From: Lama glama
Lineage: Eukaryota
Direction: 5' to 3'
Length of the DNA stretch: 64,000 bases
NCBI GenBank assembly: GCA_028534125.1
Contig: CM052831.1
Coordinates: forward strand, 558,001-622,000
The first letter of the stretch is position 1, and every line of letters begins with the position of its first letter. This document shows positions 24,789 through 35,500 of this stretch, piece after piece. The notes under the pieces were generated by a model. That model had not been told where the DNA came from. It ran no database searches and worked only from the letters and a program-made list of their open reading frames with translations. The position numbers and the translations under genes are program-made.

Positions 24789-25369
24789 AGCGGTAACCAA
24801 CTCAGCTGCCCGGGCTGCAGTCTCTATGGCGGGGGTCGGGTGCGCACCACGCCTTCCCACGTGGAGCCCCTGGGCCCCGCCCCACGGGGGGGCTGGACGG
24901 GGCCTGCCTGGCCCAGGCATCTGCACTGCTGGTTCTCAGTCTACCGGCAAACAGCTAAGTGGCCAAGTCTGAACTGGTGAAATGAGGCGGTGCTTTCTGC
25001 TCACATTTGGAAGATCATCCTCAAATGCATTTGTGTTTGTGCTAGCTCTGGGGCCCGGCCCTCCACTGGGGAGCAGGTGAGTGCTTCCCCAGACTCCTGG
25101 GGCCCAGAGCGGCCCCCACACTCCAGCTGGATCGCCGCAGACGTGGGAGACGGCCGGACGCCATAGTTTGAACCCCCTGGCTGCCCCTTTCAGGCCTGCG
25201 CCCCCGGCCATCCACACAGGGAGGCTCTGTCCTTGCAGATGAGAACCCCGACAGTCCCAAAGTCGTCGTGTCTGTCAGGGCCTCGGAGGCAAGTGACACA
25301 ACGCTGGGCCAGCTGGACAGGGCGTCTCCCCGGGTCCCCTGGGGCACCCGTCCCTGCAGTGCCAGCCGG

Positions 25370-26080
25370 GGCAGGGACGGGGACAGCGGCTACGCTGCCC
25401 CCACACCACCCCACGGGCGGCCCAGCGCCGAGTGCTGCTCTCCCGGCGTCCCTCCCAGGGTGACCCACGTCCAGGACCTGCTTCTCCTGCCCCCCGGCCC
25501 CTGTCGACGTCATCGGACCCTCTGCCACCGTGGCGCCGTCCACCCCCCGCCGCGCCGTCCGCGCTGCCCGGCAGCGTCCAGCAGCGGACGGCGCAGGCGC
25601 AGGCGCGGCCTCCCGCCCCTCCCCACGCAGCGGCCTGCGAGTCCGGCCAGCCGCCCGCCTCGAGCGCCTCGCGACTTCCGGAAGCGTCTGACCGGCTCGC
25701 AGAGGCTCCGGCCGCTGCCCGTCGCGCGGCCCACACGCCGCGGCCATTGCCGCGCTCCCGCCCCCTCAGGTGTCGCGTCCCGAGGTCATCCGCGCGCCGC
25801 CCGGACGGCAGGCAGGGCCGCAGAGCCAGCCCGAGGTGACGAGCGCCACCCCAGAGCCCTCGGGCGGCCCCACAGCCACCTCCCACCGAGAGGACCGGGG
25901 CGGGGGGGCCCCCTGCGCGCTCAGGCTGTCCTCCCACCGGACCGGGCCGGGCCAGGACCCTCCCCGCGCAAGGCAGTGGCCGACGTCGCCCCTGGGCTCC
26001 GGCCCCTCTTTCTGGGGGCGGGGGCCGGACGCCCTCCCCGCAGGCCGCGGGTGTCACCTGCGCTCTGTTCAGGCGCCATG
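25370..26080. promoter_or_regulatory. CpG island with promoter-type motifs
   Basis: Very dense CpG; GCGCAGGCGCAGGCGC 25591-25606, CCCGCCCC 25612-25619, TCGCGA 25669-25674, ACTTCCGGAAGC 25674-25685. Confidence 0.7.
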
Positions 26081-26139
26081 TCCTTGGCCTCCAGCAGCCG
26101 ACTGGGGATCGGCAGCACCTGCGTTTGACAAAGGTTCCC

Positions 26140-26460
26140 AATCATCTGTTGCTACGAAAGAAATCGCCCCAAAATGAAGTGTCTGACCCAGTCTACACCG
26201 CCAACCTGGCACATCTTCTGAGGGTCCAGGGCAGCTTCGTCTTGGCTCAACTCAGGCCTCCCTGAGACTGCAGCCCAGATTTGGCCAAGGCTTGACCGGG
26301 GCTGGAGGGTCCACTTTCCCGGTGGCCACTCTCTGCCCGGCAGTTGGCGCTGGCACGGCAGGAGGGGATGGCTTCTCGTCATGGTGCCTCTCCACCCTCA
26401 GGACTGCCCGAGGGTCCTTCCAGCGTGATGGCTGGGGCCTCACAGCCAGGGGTCCCAGAG
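26140..26460 (-). mobile_element. Old MaLR (MLT1) LTR fragment
   Basis: CTGTTGCTACGAAAGAAATCGCCCCAAAATGAAGTG and GGGGCTGGAGGGTCCACTTTCC resemble the MLT1 reverse strand. Confidence 0.45.
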
Positions 26461-26758
26461 AGCCAGGAGGCCCTGGGCACTGGGGCTTCCAGGCCTAATG
26501 TGCCGTTACACAGGCTGGCCCCAGTCAGACTAGGAGGGCTGCGCAGGGGCCGTGACTGCCGTGGGGCGGGATCCGGGGCCAACGTGAGGCTGCCCACCCC
26601 CATTACAGGAGGAGAAGCACTGGCTTCCGCCCCAGCTCACACCCCATGCCTGGGGGCTGGGAGGGGGCACCTGCTCGCTGGGGCCTCTGTTTGCCTGCAG
26701 GACGGCCAGAAAGAACAGCTAGGGCCATTTTGCCCTTGTCCGACCTGGGGAGTGGGGC

Positions 26759-27846
26759 TGTGACATCACGATTCATAACACGGAGCGTTGCCTGGTCTTT
26801 GTGCCTATGCCTGGCACATAGCTCCTTGGAGTTTCCTGCCGACGAGGGAGGCAAGGATGCCTGTTCCGGGCGACTCTCGGTAAGCACCTCGGTTCTGTAG
26901 GGTGGGGCTGACTTGAGGTGGCGGAGGCCTGGGGCTTTTTCATTTTCCCTCCCCGCCCGAGGGGAGGGAGACAGGCTGGAGATTTGAGTTCAGTCGCCAA
27001 CGACCAATGATTTAATCGGCTGTGCCCGTGCCGTGAGGCCTCAATTAACCCGCAGGGAGAGGGTCAGAGAGCATCCCTGGGGGTAAACAATGCGCCTCAG
27101 CCTGGAGGAGGCGTTGGGAGCCCCAGGCCCGTTCCCCTGCTGAGAAACAGAATTCAGCTGAGAAAACTGTAAAGCTCTTCTTGGCTTTATTTGTGATTTA
27201 TGAAACGGGCAGCATCTGATCAGCAGAGAGCCAGGCGCTCCGAGGAGCTGGGCAGTGTAAAGGACTTTTACAGGGAGAAGGAGCAGGAGGGAGGAGCTGC
27301 AGGGAGAGAAGGCGGGCCGGTCGTCACAGGTCACTGTCCTTTAGGGGACAGCAGGGTCTCCGAGGCAGGCGCCCTCACTAGTGCTGGTCACACGATTCCC
27401 AGTCGTCCGTTTAAGACCCCGTTTCTGGGAGAGCCGAAATGGGAATTACTCTGAGTCTCGGTTTGGTGATGTGGGCTTAGCGTGAGCTACTGCATCTGGG
27501 GCCTGTTTCCTTGTCGTTAGGAACCCAGGCCTCGCTGTCTGTGTTGCTTCCTGAGTTACCGCCTTTTACAATAAATCCGTAATCTCGTAGGGAAAACGCT
27601 TCTCGGGGTTCTGTGAGCCAGGCTAGCAAGTCAGTCAAACCAGAGGAGGCGGCTGTGGGAACCCCCAATCTACAGCTGCTGGGCAGAAGCCCAGGTGATG
27701 GGGCCACCTTGCGGGGCCGAGCCCTTAACCTGCCGTCTCCAGGGGGGTGGGACGGAATCTGGTTGAACTGCAGACCCCCAGCTGGTGCTGGAGAACTGTT
27801 TGGGGCTGTTACAAAAACACATACACTGGAACTGGTATCCGAAGTG
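26759..27846 (+). mobile_element. MER21-type LTR, interrupted by a second LTR
   Basis: GGCTGGAGATTTGAGTTCAGTCGCCAACGACCAATGATTTAATC; resumes at ACAATAAATCCGTAA...GTTCTGTGAGCC...GTGGGAACCCCCAAT. Confidence 0.7.
27138..27524 (-). mobile_element. ERV1-like solo LTR nested in MER21
   Basis: Starts with TG; reverse-strand AATAAA (CTTTATTT, ~27185); splits the MER21 halves. Confidence 0.55.
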
Positions 27847-27859
27847 TAGGAGTATTTAA

Positions 27860-28150
27860 TTCAATTATTTTCATTGCATCTTGTTTATTAACATGAATAT
27901 TTCAGGCTATGAATTTTCCTCTGAGGAACAGTAGCTCCGATGTAGTGTTTTTAGCATATTGGATATTCCAAATTGGGGTTTGGATTTCTTCTTTGATCCA
28001 GATATTGCTCAAGCTGTAACATTTCTAGACAGAGAGCCTTTGTATTGGTTACACTCATTTTATTGAACTGCAATTTTTTCATTCTTATTTTTTAACACAA
28101 TAAAATGTGGATAGCTTAAAAATTCAGACTGTGTACTACCAAGCTTAAGA
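27860..28150 (-). mobile_element. Old L1 fragment
   Basis: T-rich, GGCTATGAATTTTCCTCTGAG...GATTTCTTCTTTGATCCA. Confidence 0.55.
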
Positions 28151-28699
28151 CAAAAATCTTGGCCCTTGTCCCACCCAGGCCCACCCCTGCAGGAGTCACC
28201 AGTCCTCTCAGACATGCGTTCCCCTGGGTGGAGGACAGACCTCCACACTGGGCACTTGTGTATCAGGCCCCGTCTGCTGGATGCAGCTTCATGAGACCAG
28301 GTGTAGCTTTCCACATCCCGCGGCTTCACTCCGCCTCCACGTCCTGCCCTGTGGTCACGTCTCAGTTCTGGGTTAAACCGATGTCCCGATTTTGTGTTGC
28401 TCCGAGCGAGTCACGTCGTTTCCCTCTGGCAGTTCTGGGGGAAGAGGGCGTACTTTTTGGTTTGCTTAGTTACTGTTATTATCCAGACACACAAGCTAAT
28501 CCACCAGCTTAAGCGGACGACTGTGCGGAGCCCCGGGTGTTTGCTGGGAGGACGCTGGAGCTGGGTCTCCCCTTCCTCACGACCTCCGTCCTGGTCCATC
28601 CCTGGGTCCGGGGTCCCCATGCATCTGTCTTCCTGGGCTTGTGCATCCTGCAGGGAGGGGGCTGCACAAGGGTTGACGGGTGGACAGAATTTGTGAAAT

Positions 28700-29420
28700 G
28701 TTGGTGTCCAAAAATACTGTATTTTACATTTATGCCTTAAAATATGTGTTTTCCACCTTCCCTTGACAATAACTTGGCTGGGTGTTGAATCCATGTGGGT
28801 GTGCGTTGTCCCTCAGGGTTCGGGTGGCCCAGCGTCCGAGGTGTGTGGAGGGTGGACGCCGGAGCCACCCCAGGCCCCGTGTGCCCTGAGCTCGCGGCGG
28901 GAGCGCTGGTGGTGCGTCTGTCGTCGGAGCTGTGGGTCTCAGTGCGGGTCTGTGTTCTTCGCTGGGCCCTTTATGACGTCTCTCAACGTGGAAACTAATG
29001 GTGTTCAGTTCTGGAATGTTCTCTTTTGTTGTTTTTGGATAATTTTCTGTCCTTGGTTTTCTCTGGTCTTCCTGAATTCCTCTTCTTCAGACGTTGCAAA
29101 TCTTGGATTGACTTTCTGATTTCCTTATGTTTTCTTCCCTTTTGCACTTTTATCTTACTCTGGAAGACTTCCTCAGTTTTGTCTTCCAGTTATCCTATTT
29201 AAGTTTAAAGTTTGTGATCCCACAAATTTAATTTCTGAGAGCTCCTTGGACATTGTTCTCTGACTTGCCTTGAGTTTTCCTCCATGGATCTTCCTTATCT
29301 GTCTGAAGATTCTCAGTTTAGTTGGACTTTGAATTTTGCTCTGCTGCCTGCGTCAGAGGCCCGCTGAGACCCTCCGTTTTACTGCTTCCACGTTGGAAGC
29401 TTTCACTGGGTGACCCTTGC
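28700..29420 (-). mobile_element. Old L1 (ORF1-region) fragments
   Basis: T-rich antisense L1 signature, e.g. TTCAGTTCTGGAATGTTCTCTT, TTAATTTCTGAGAGCTC. Confidence 0.45.
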
Positions 29421-30379
29421 CTGTATCCATATTTAAAAGGGAGGCACCAGAAGCCAATTAAGCACACAGTGAACGTTAGAGCTGAAGCTGGAAATTACCC
29501 AAATGCCCGTCGAGGGTAGGGTGGGTGAGCAGTGTGTTCCCATGCCGCGGGGAGCAAGCGCCATCTGCACGCGCACCACACCTCTGCAAGGCGGGTTGCC
29601 CGGCGTGTCGCTCAGCAGAAGCAGCACACACGTGTGGCGCCGCTTGCAGACCCGCAAAAGCAGAGGCAGGAGCCTGGCTGCCAGTGTCCGCACGGGGCTG
29701 GCGGGTGAGGGGCTTGTGGGTGCTGGTCTACGCCGTTTCTCCAGCTGGGTGCTGGCAGGTGTGTCCAGTTAGCGCTAGCCTGTCTGGCTGGCATGGGATG
29801 AGACACCTCGTTGGCTCTTTAACCCAGTTGCCCTCTGCTGGGGGCAGGGCTGCTGGATGGATGTCCCACCTGGTGGTGACCCCCACCCGCCCCTGGTGAG
29901 CGTGCTGGGAGCACCCCAGAGAGGGGTTGGGGTCTCGTGGACAGACTTTCTCCTGGTCCCCACTTTTCCAGTAAGGAGACCCACTCCTGCTCAGAGAGCC
30001 TCTGGTTCACGTGCTGCAGGGGCACGTTGCCCGTCTTCCGTGGGGTGGTGGAGAGAGCCCCCCAGTTGCCCAATGTGTGGAGCGTGATGCCACCTCCCCG
30101 GAGTCCGGCGTCCCCTGTTCCCCTGCCTTCCTGGGACTCTGCACCTGAGCCTGCTTGGCTCTGCGTGGCGCCCTCAGTCCTGGCATCTCCCTGAGTCTCC
30201 TGTGCTGTCTTTCTTGGCCTCCGATTAGTGAGTCAGGCCATCTGGACCAGGCCTCCAAGGCTCCTTTTCTCTCCGTGTTTCCATCTCCCTTTCCTTTCAT
30301 TCTACTTCCTGGTAGGTTTCTTCAACTTTATGTTCCAGTCCTCGTGTAGATGAAAAAAACAGCTGTCATAGTTTTATAT

Positions 30380-32530
30380 TTTTAATTAAACTGAGAGAGT
30401 TACGGTTAGTTCCTTGCAATTACAAGAAATAATTGAGAGATCCCATGTGCTCCTTACTCAGTTTCCCCCAACGGCAACATCTTGCAAAACTCTAGGACAG
30501 CATCACAACCAAGATACGGACCTGAGTACAGTCGAGATGCAGGACGTGCCGTCACGTCACCAGGACCCGGTACCAGCCTCTTACAGCATCCCTCCCCCCA
30601 CCCTGCCCCCAGCGACCACTCGTCTGTTCTCCAGTTGTGTCATCTTGTCATTTCAAGAATGTGTGTGAATGAAACTGTGCTGTACGAAACCTTTTGTGAG
30701 TGGATCTTTCCACTCGGCATGATTCCTGGAGAGGCACCCTGTTGCACCGTGCGTCCATAGTCCGTTCCTTCATTGCCAAGCAGGCTTCCACAGTGTGTTT
30801 AACCACTCGCCTGTTGAAGGACGTCTGTGTTGCTTCAGCTTTTGTCTGTTGCGACTAAAGGTGCGGTGAACAGTCACATTCAGATTGTTACAGGAGCGTT
30901 GAGGTGGGAAGCCCCATAAAAAGACCGGCAGGACCCCCTGGCAGGGCCGCTGCTCTCCTCCCAGCACCCTCCGGTTCCCTGGCCCAGAGGCTCTATCTCA
31001 CTTTGTGCCTCTGAAACCGCTAACTTACACCTAGATTTCTATTGGTTCCCTGAGCTCACTTCTGATTGGCTATTATTCTCACTCATGATTGGTTACTACT
31101 CTCACTTCTGATTGGTTATTACTCTCACTTCTGATTGGTCCACCTCCCTAATTTCTGATTGGCCAGTTTGTAGTATGTCATTTGCATGGAGCTCACTCCT
31201 GATTGGTCTATTTCTATAAAGCTTGTTCCTGGTTGGTCAACTTCTGTTGTACTTTATTTGCATATGACTTTGCAAAGTGTAAAACTGGCAGCCTATAAAG
31301 GCCTGTGTAAACCTACAGAGGTGGCTCAGAGCTTGGAGTGTTAACTCCTTTGGGCCTGCTGGTGTAATAAAGCTGAGTTCTTTAACTCACCAAGTGCTGC
31401 TTGGTCTCTCGCCTGGTTCCAAGTTGCTGTCACAACTGAACTGTAACACGTTTTTCCGCAACAGCATGAGTTCCCATTTTTCTGTGGCAAACGCACAAGG
31501 GTGCAGCGGCTGGGAGCGGCATTTAGTTCTATGAGAAATCGCCCAGCTGTTTTCCTGAAGGCGACACCATTTCACAGGCACGTATGAGCAGCGCAGTGTC
31601 TCTGGGTCCTCAGCAGCATTTGGTGTCACCACCATTTCACACTTCAGCCGTTCTGATAGGCGGGTAGCGCCTCTCACTGCAGTTTTAAGTTGCATTCCGT
31701 AGCGGTGACACTGTTGGACACCTTTCTGTTCCTGTTTGCCACCTGTACGTCTTCCTTGGCGACATGTCGGTTGATGGCTTCTGCCCGCTGGCTGCTAAGT
31801 TTTGAGAGTTCTGTGTATTTTCTAGATACCATTCCTTGGTTGGATACGTGGTTTGCGAACATTTCTCCCAGTCTCTAGCTTAACGTTTTCACTCTGTTCA
31901 TATGGTCCTTTGCAAGCAAAAATTTTAATTGCGGTGAATTCCAATTTATCAGTTTTTCATTTTACGGATTACGCTTTTGGTATCAAGTCGAAGAACTCCT
32001 TGCTCAGCTCTAAGCCCTGAAGATTTTCTCGTTTTTTCCCAAATTTTATAGTTTGACATTTTACAGTAAAGTCCATGATCCATTTGGAATTATTTTTATA
32101 TAACAGGTAAGTTTGAAGCTCATTTTTTCTCAGCTATCATCTTAAAAAATTAATTATTAGATTTACTTTTCAGAAAAGTTTTAGATTTACAGGACAACTG
32201 AGTCAGTCGTGTGGAAAGTCCACACTTAGTTCTCCTGTTGCAGGCGCCCTGCATTGATGTGACACACTTGCTACAACCAGCGAACCGGTGTCAGCACACC
32301 ATCGCTGAGTAACAGCCGTGGTCTTGTGTGGGCGAAGCTTTCGGTCTAACTGGGTCGGTACCCAGGAGCAGGGGGGCGAGGTTACATGGCCAGGCTATGT
32401 TCAGTTTGTAAGAAACGGCCAGTCTCCCAAACAGGCTCCACCCTTTGGCCTCCCACCAGCAGCCGGTAGGAGTCCCTGTTGCTGCGCATCCTCACCAGCG
32501 TTTGGTGTTGCTGTTTTTAAGGGAGCTTGC
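30380..32530 (-). mobile_element. L1MC/L1MD antisense fragments, interrupted by an LTR
   Basis: CAGTTTCCCCCAACGGCAACATCTTGCAAAAC...TCATTTCAAGAATGT; continues after 31448 with TTTGAGAGTTCTGTGTATTTTCTAGATAC. Confidence 0.75.
30886..31448 (+). mobile_element. Intact-looking solo ERV LTR (563 bp)
   Basis: Perfect terminal inverted repeat TGTTACAG...CTGTAACA; TATAAA 31294-31299; AATAAA 31366-31371; CCAAT array; interrupts an L1. Confidence 0.88.
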
Positions 32531-35500
32531 TGTTCCCGTTTCACAGGTGTCACGTTGCTCTGGTCTCTGTGAGAACACCGATCAGCAGGCTCTCCCTGGG
32601 TTGCTTCCGTTTCCTTGTCTGTGGTCATTGTGTTCTCTGTCCTTCGTGTTGGGCTCTCTGCATACGTCTGGCCATCCCTGATGTATGCCCTTCACATCGA
32701 GCGCTCACTGGACGCTCTGTGCACTCGGGCTGGGCTTCCTGGTTGGCGAGCAAGTAGGAGCAGAGATTTTGTTCAGGGGGACCGAGCATCTGACCTCCTG
32801 CTGGCTAGGGTAGGAGGTGGAGGGGGCAACCTCCTTCCTGCTGGTGCCGTGGGAAGAGGAGGGAGTGCCGAGCATCAGGAGCCAGACCTTCAAGGACTCA
32901 CTGCGTCAGCCCTGGGCGCCTCCCAGTGTCCTCCCGGCTCCCACCACCCCCCTCAGTACACCCACAGGGCAAGTCCACAGCCTTGCTCTTGGTGTCAGGC
33001 GTGGGCAGTGGAAGGGACTGGCTGTGGAGCAGGAAGGTGACCCCGTCCCTCAGCCTTCTCCTTGGCTCCTCTTCCCCCTCCCCCAGTGCCCTCAGGTCTC
33101 AGGGTCTTGGTTCCTGCAGGGAAACGCGCTCACGTCTCAGTGTCTCTAAGGCAGGTGTCCTTCCCACACCTTCCAGAGGGTGAGAGAGTCTCCAGCCACT
33201 GGCGTTTCCTCGTATGGTTCCTGCATCTTTGTGGGTTTGCGTTTTTAAACATCTGAAGTTCTTTTAGTATGATCTTGGGTGAAAGCAGGAAGAAACTCTT
33301 ATGGTCGACCCATCGCCTTTAACCCAGACCCCGCAATTATTTTACAAATAGAAGAGTAGTAGAGAAATATTTTAAACATTCCAGAAGCACATAAAGTAAA
33401 AGAAAATAGTGCTGTTTTCTCACCACCTTCTGCCACTTTCCATCTCCCAGACGTCACACTATTAGCTGTTAGACGTGCGGCTCCGTGTCTGTCAGGGCAG
33501 GTGGGCAGTTACAGGCGGAGAGCGCCGCTGGGTGGGCGCCCTCCCGTGGGCGCCCTCCCCACGCGGGATGTGCGCACGCGCGTGGGCAGATGCGGGGCGT
33601 GCCTTCGACTCCCCTCCTAGAGAGGGCTCCCGGCCGCAAGGAGCGTGGGCCCCAGTTCTAAGGCAGCACCATGGCGGTGCTCCTTCCTGGGCAGCGCAGG
33701 CCAGGAGCCAGCAAGACGGGGCCGCGGGCCCCACCTTGGCCTCGGAGCTCCAGACCGACGGTCGCGTGGGGACTGAGCGCCCCACCGTCCCTGCCTCCCC
33801 CTCCTGTCCCCAGGCGGCCCTCCTGGCGGACCTGCAGCAAGGCATCCTGCAGGATCTGAACCCTGAAGTCTTGTGGGCGGCGTGTGTCGGGCCCCTTCCG
33901 TGTGGGAGCACGGAGCTCTGCTGCACCCTCAGACGGCTGTGTGGTGGTTTATAGCGAGAAGGTGTTACCAGTATCTCCCTGGCTCTTTTTTGATGGGCCT
34001 CCCTTCTTGCTGAAAGTCTGGTGACATTTGAATCTGCAAGTTCAACGCAGCCAACTTGTCCCAGGACACTGTGCGCACTTGTGGGCTTCACCCCACGACC
34101 TCTCCCTCGGGGGCGTGTGCACGGCCGACCCCAGACACCCCTCCCACAGCCTTGCCGGGAGGCAGCGCTTGTGCAGAGGGGAGGCCTGGCCGGGAGACGG
34201 GGGCGCTGGCGGTGCCCGCCCTGCTCCGAGGGCTGTTTGCACACGGACCCACACCCACGACAAGGTGACGACGGGGCCCTCCTGCCCTGCTCCGCCAGCC
34301 CAGAGAGGCCCCAGGGGACACTGCTCTTTGAGCTCTGTCTGAATCTCTGCACAGACTAGAGGATTTAAAAATGTGAATTTTATCCTCCTCCAGTGTTGCT
34401 GTAGGATTTTGACAGGTATTTCTTACAGTTTGAGTCTTAAAAATATTTTCTCTTTATCACACTTTTCACTCGCAGGTCAGGGGTTGTCTGGCCTCTCCAG
34501 CCCCCGGTGACCCCGAGCTCCCCCAGCAGCCCCACTTTCTCAGCCCACCCCCGACCCCAGCAGGGGTTTGTCCCTGGGAGACCCTCCATTCCTCCCCAGC
34601 GTACCCAGGAGGGGACACTGGACATTTTTTTAGCAGTCCGGCACCCTGCAGCCCCCCGCCTTCAGCTCAGCAGCTGTTGTGTGGAGAGTTTCCCTGATGC
34701 AGTGGGCCCAGCGCAGGGACAGCGCAAAGCTGCCCTCCACAGGGTCTCAGGCTTCCTCGCGTCCTTTCAGGTAAGGCTGTTTAGATGAGACCCCAGGGTG
34801 ACACGTGAGGACTCGACATCAAAGGGGTGACGGGGCTCTCTCCAGGGAGCCCAGCTGGCCAGGGGGCTGCCCATGTGCAGGTGGGCCCAGCACCCCGACC
34901 CACATTTCCTCCTCCTACCGTGAAGCAGCCGCCGGACTCTTCGACGGTTTCTCTCTGAAGAGCTGTTGCTTGGCAGTGGTCGCTAGGCGCATGTCGTAAC
35001 TGACAGCGAGCTGGGGCTTTCGGTCGGAAGCCCTCTGAAACGCTGGCACTGCAGTCTGTGATGGGCAGGACGCTGAGAGCCCCGAGGCCCCGGTGTCCAG
35101 GCGCACACCTCGGAAATCTCCTTCCCTGGGAAGTGGGGGGGCCACGGATGTGCTGGGACAGCTGCTCCCTGGATCGGGCTACGTTATGTGGCAAAGGGGT
35201 ACGTGGGGCTGTCACTCATGTGATCGCCTGTGTCCTGTTAGGCCCCGTCACAGCAGCGCAGAGCGCTCTGACGGCAGTGAAGAGGCGGGCCGCCGCCCTG
35301 CGGAGGCCTTGGGGTCAGGACTCCTCTAGAATCCAAGAGGAGCCAACCACTGACCGCCAGCAAGGAAAGGCGACCTCGACACCACACCTGCAGGGAGTGA
35401 GTCCTGCCAACAGCCCGTAAGCCCGGCCTTGGATGAGACCGCGGGCCAGCCAGCACCTCAGTTCCACCTGGGGAGACCCCGGCAGAGGACAAGCTAACCT

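Noticed and set aside
25190-26177. Overlapping 135-288 aa ORFs in the CpG island
   Set aside because: Open on both strands in several frames, R/P/A/G-rich: typical CpG-island artefact
31040-31165. CRISPR-like regularly spaced repeats
   Set aside because: Head-to-tail ~23-bp units without unique spacers, inside an LTR in a mammalian genome, no cas genes; the same applies to 49283-49339
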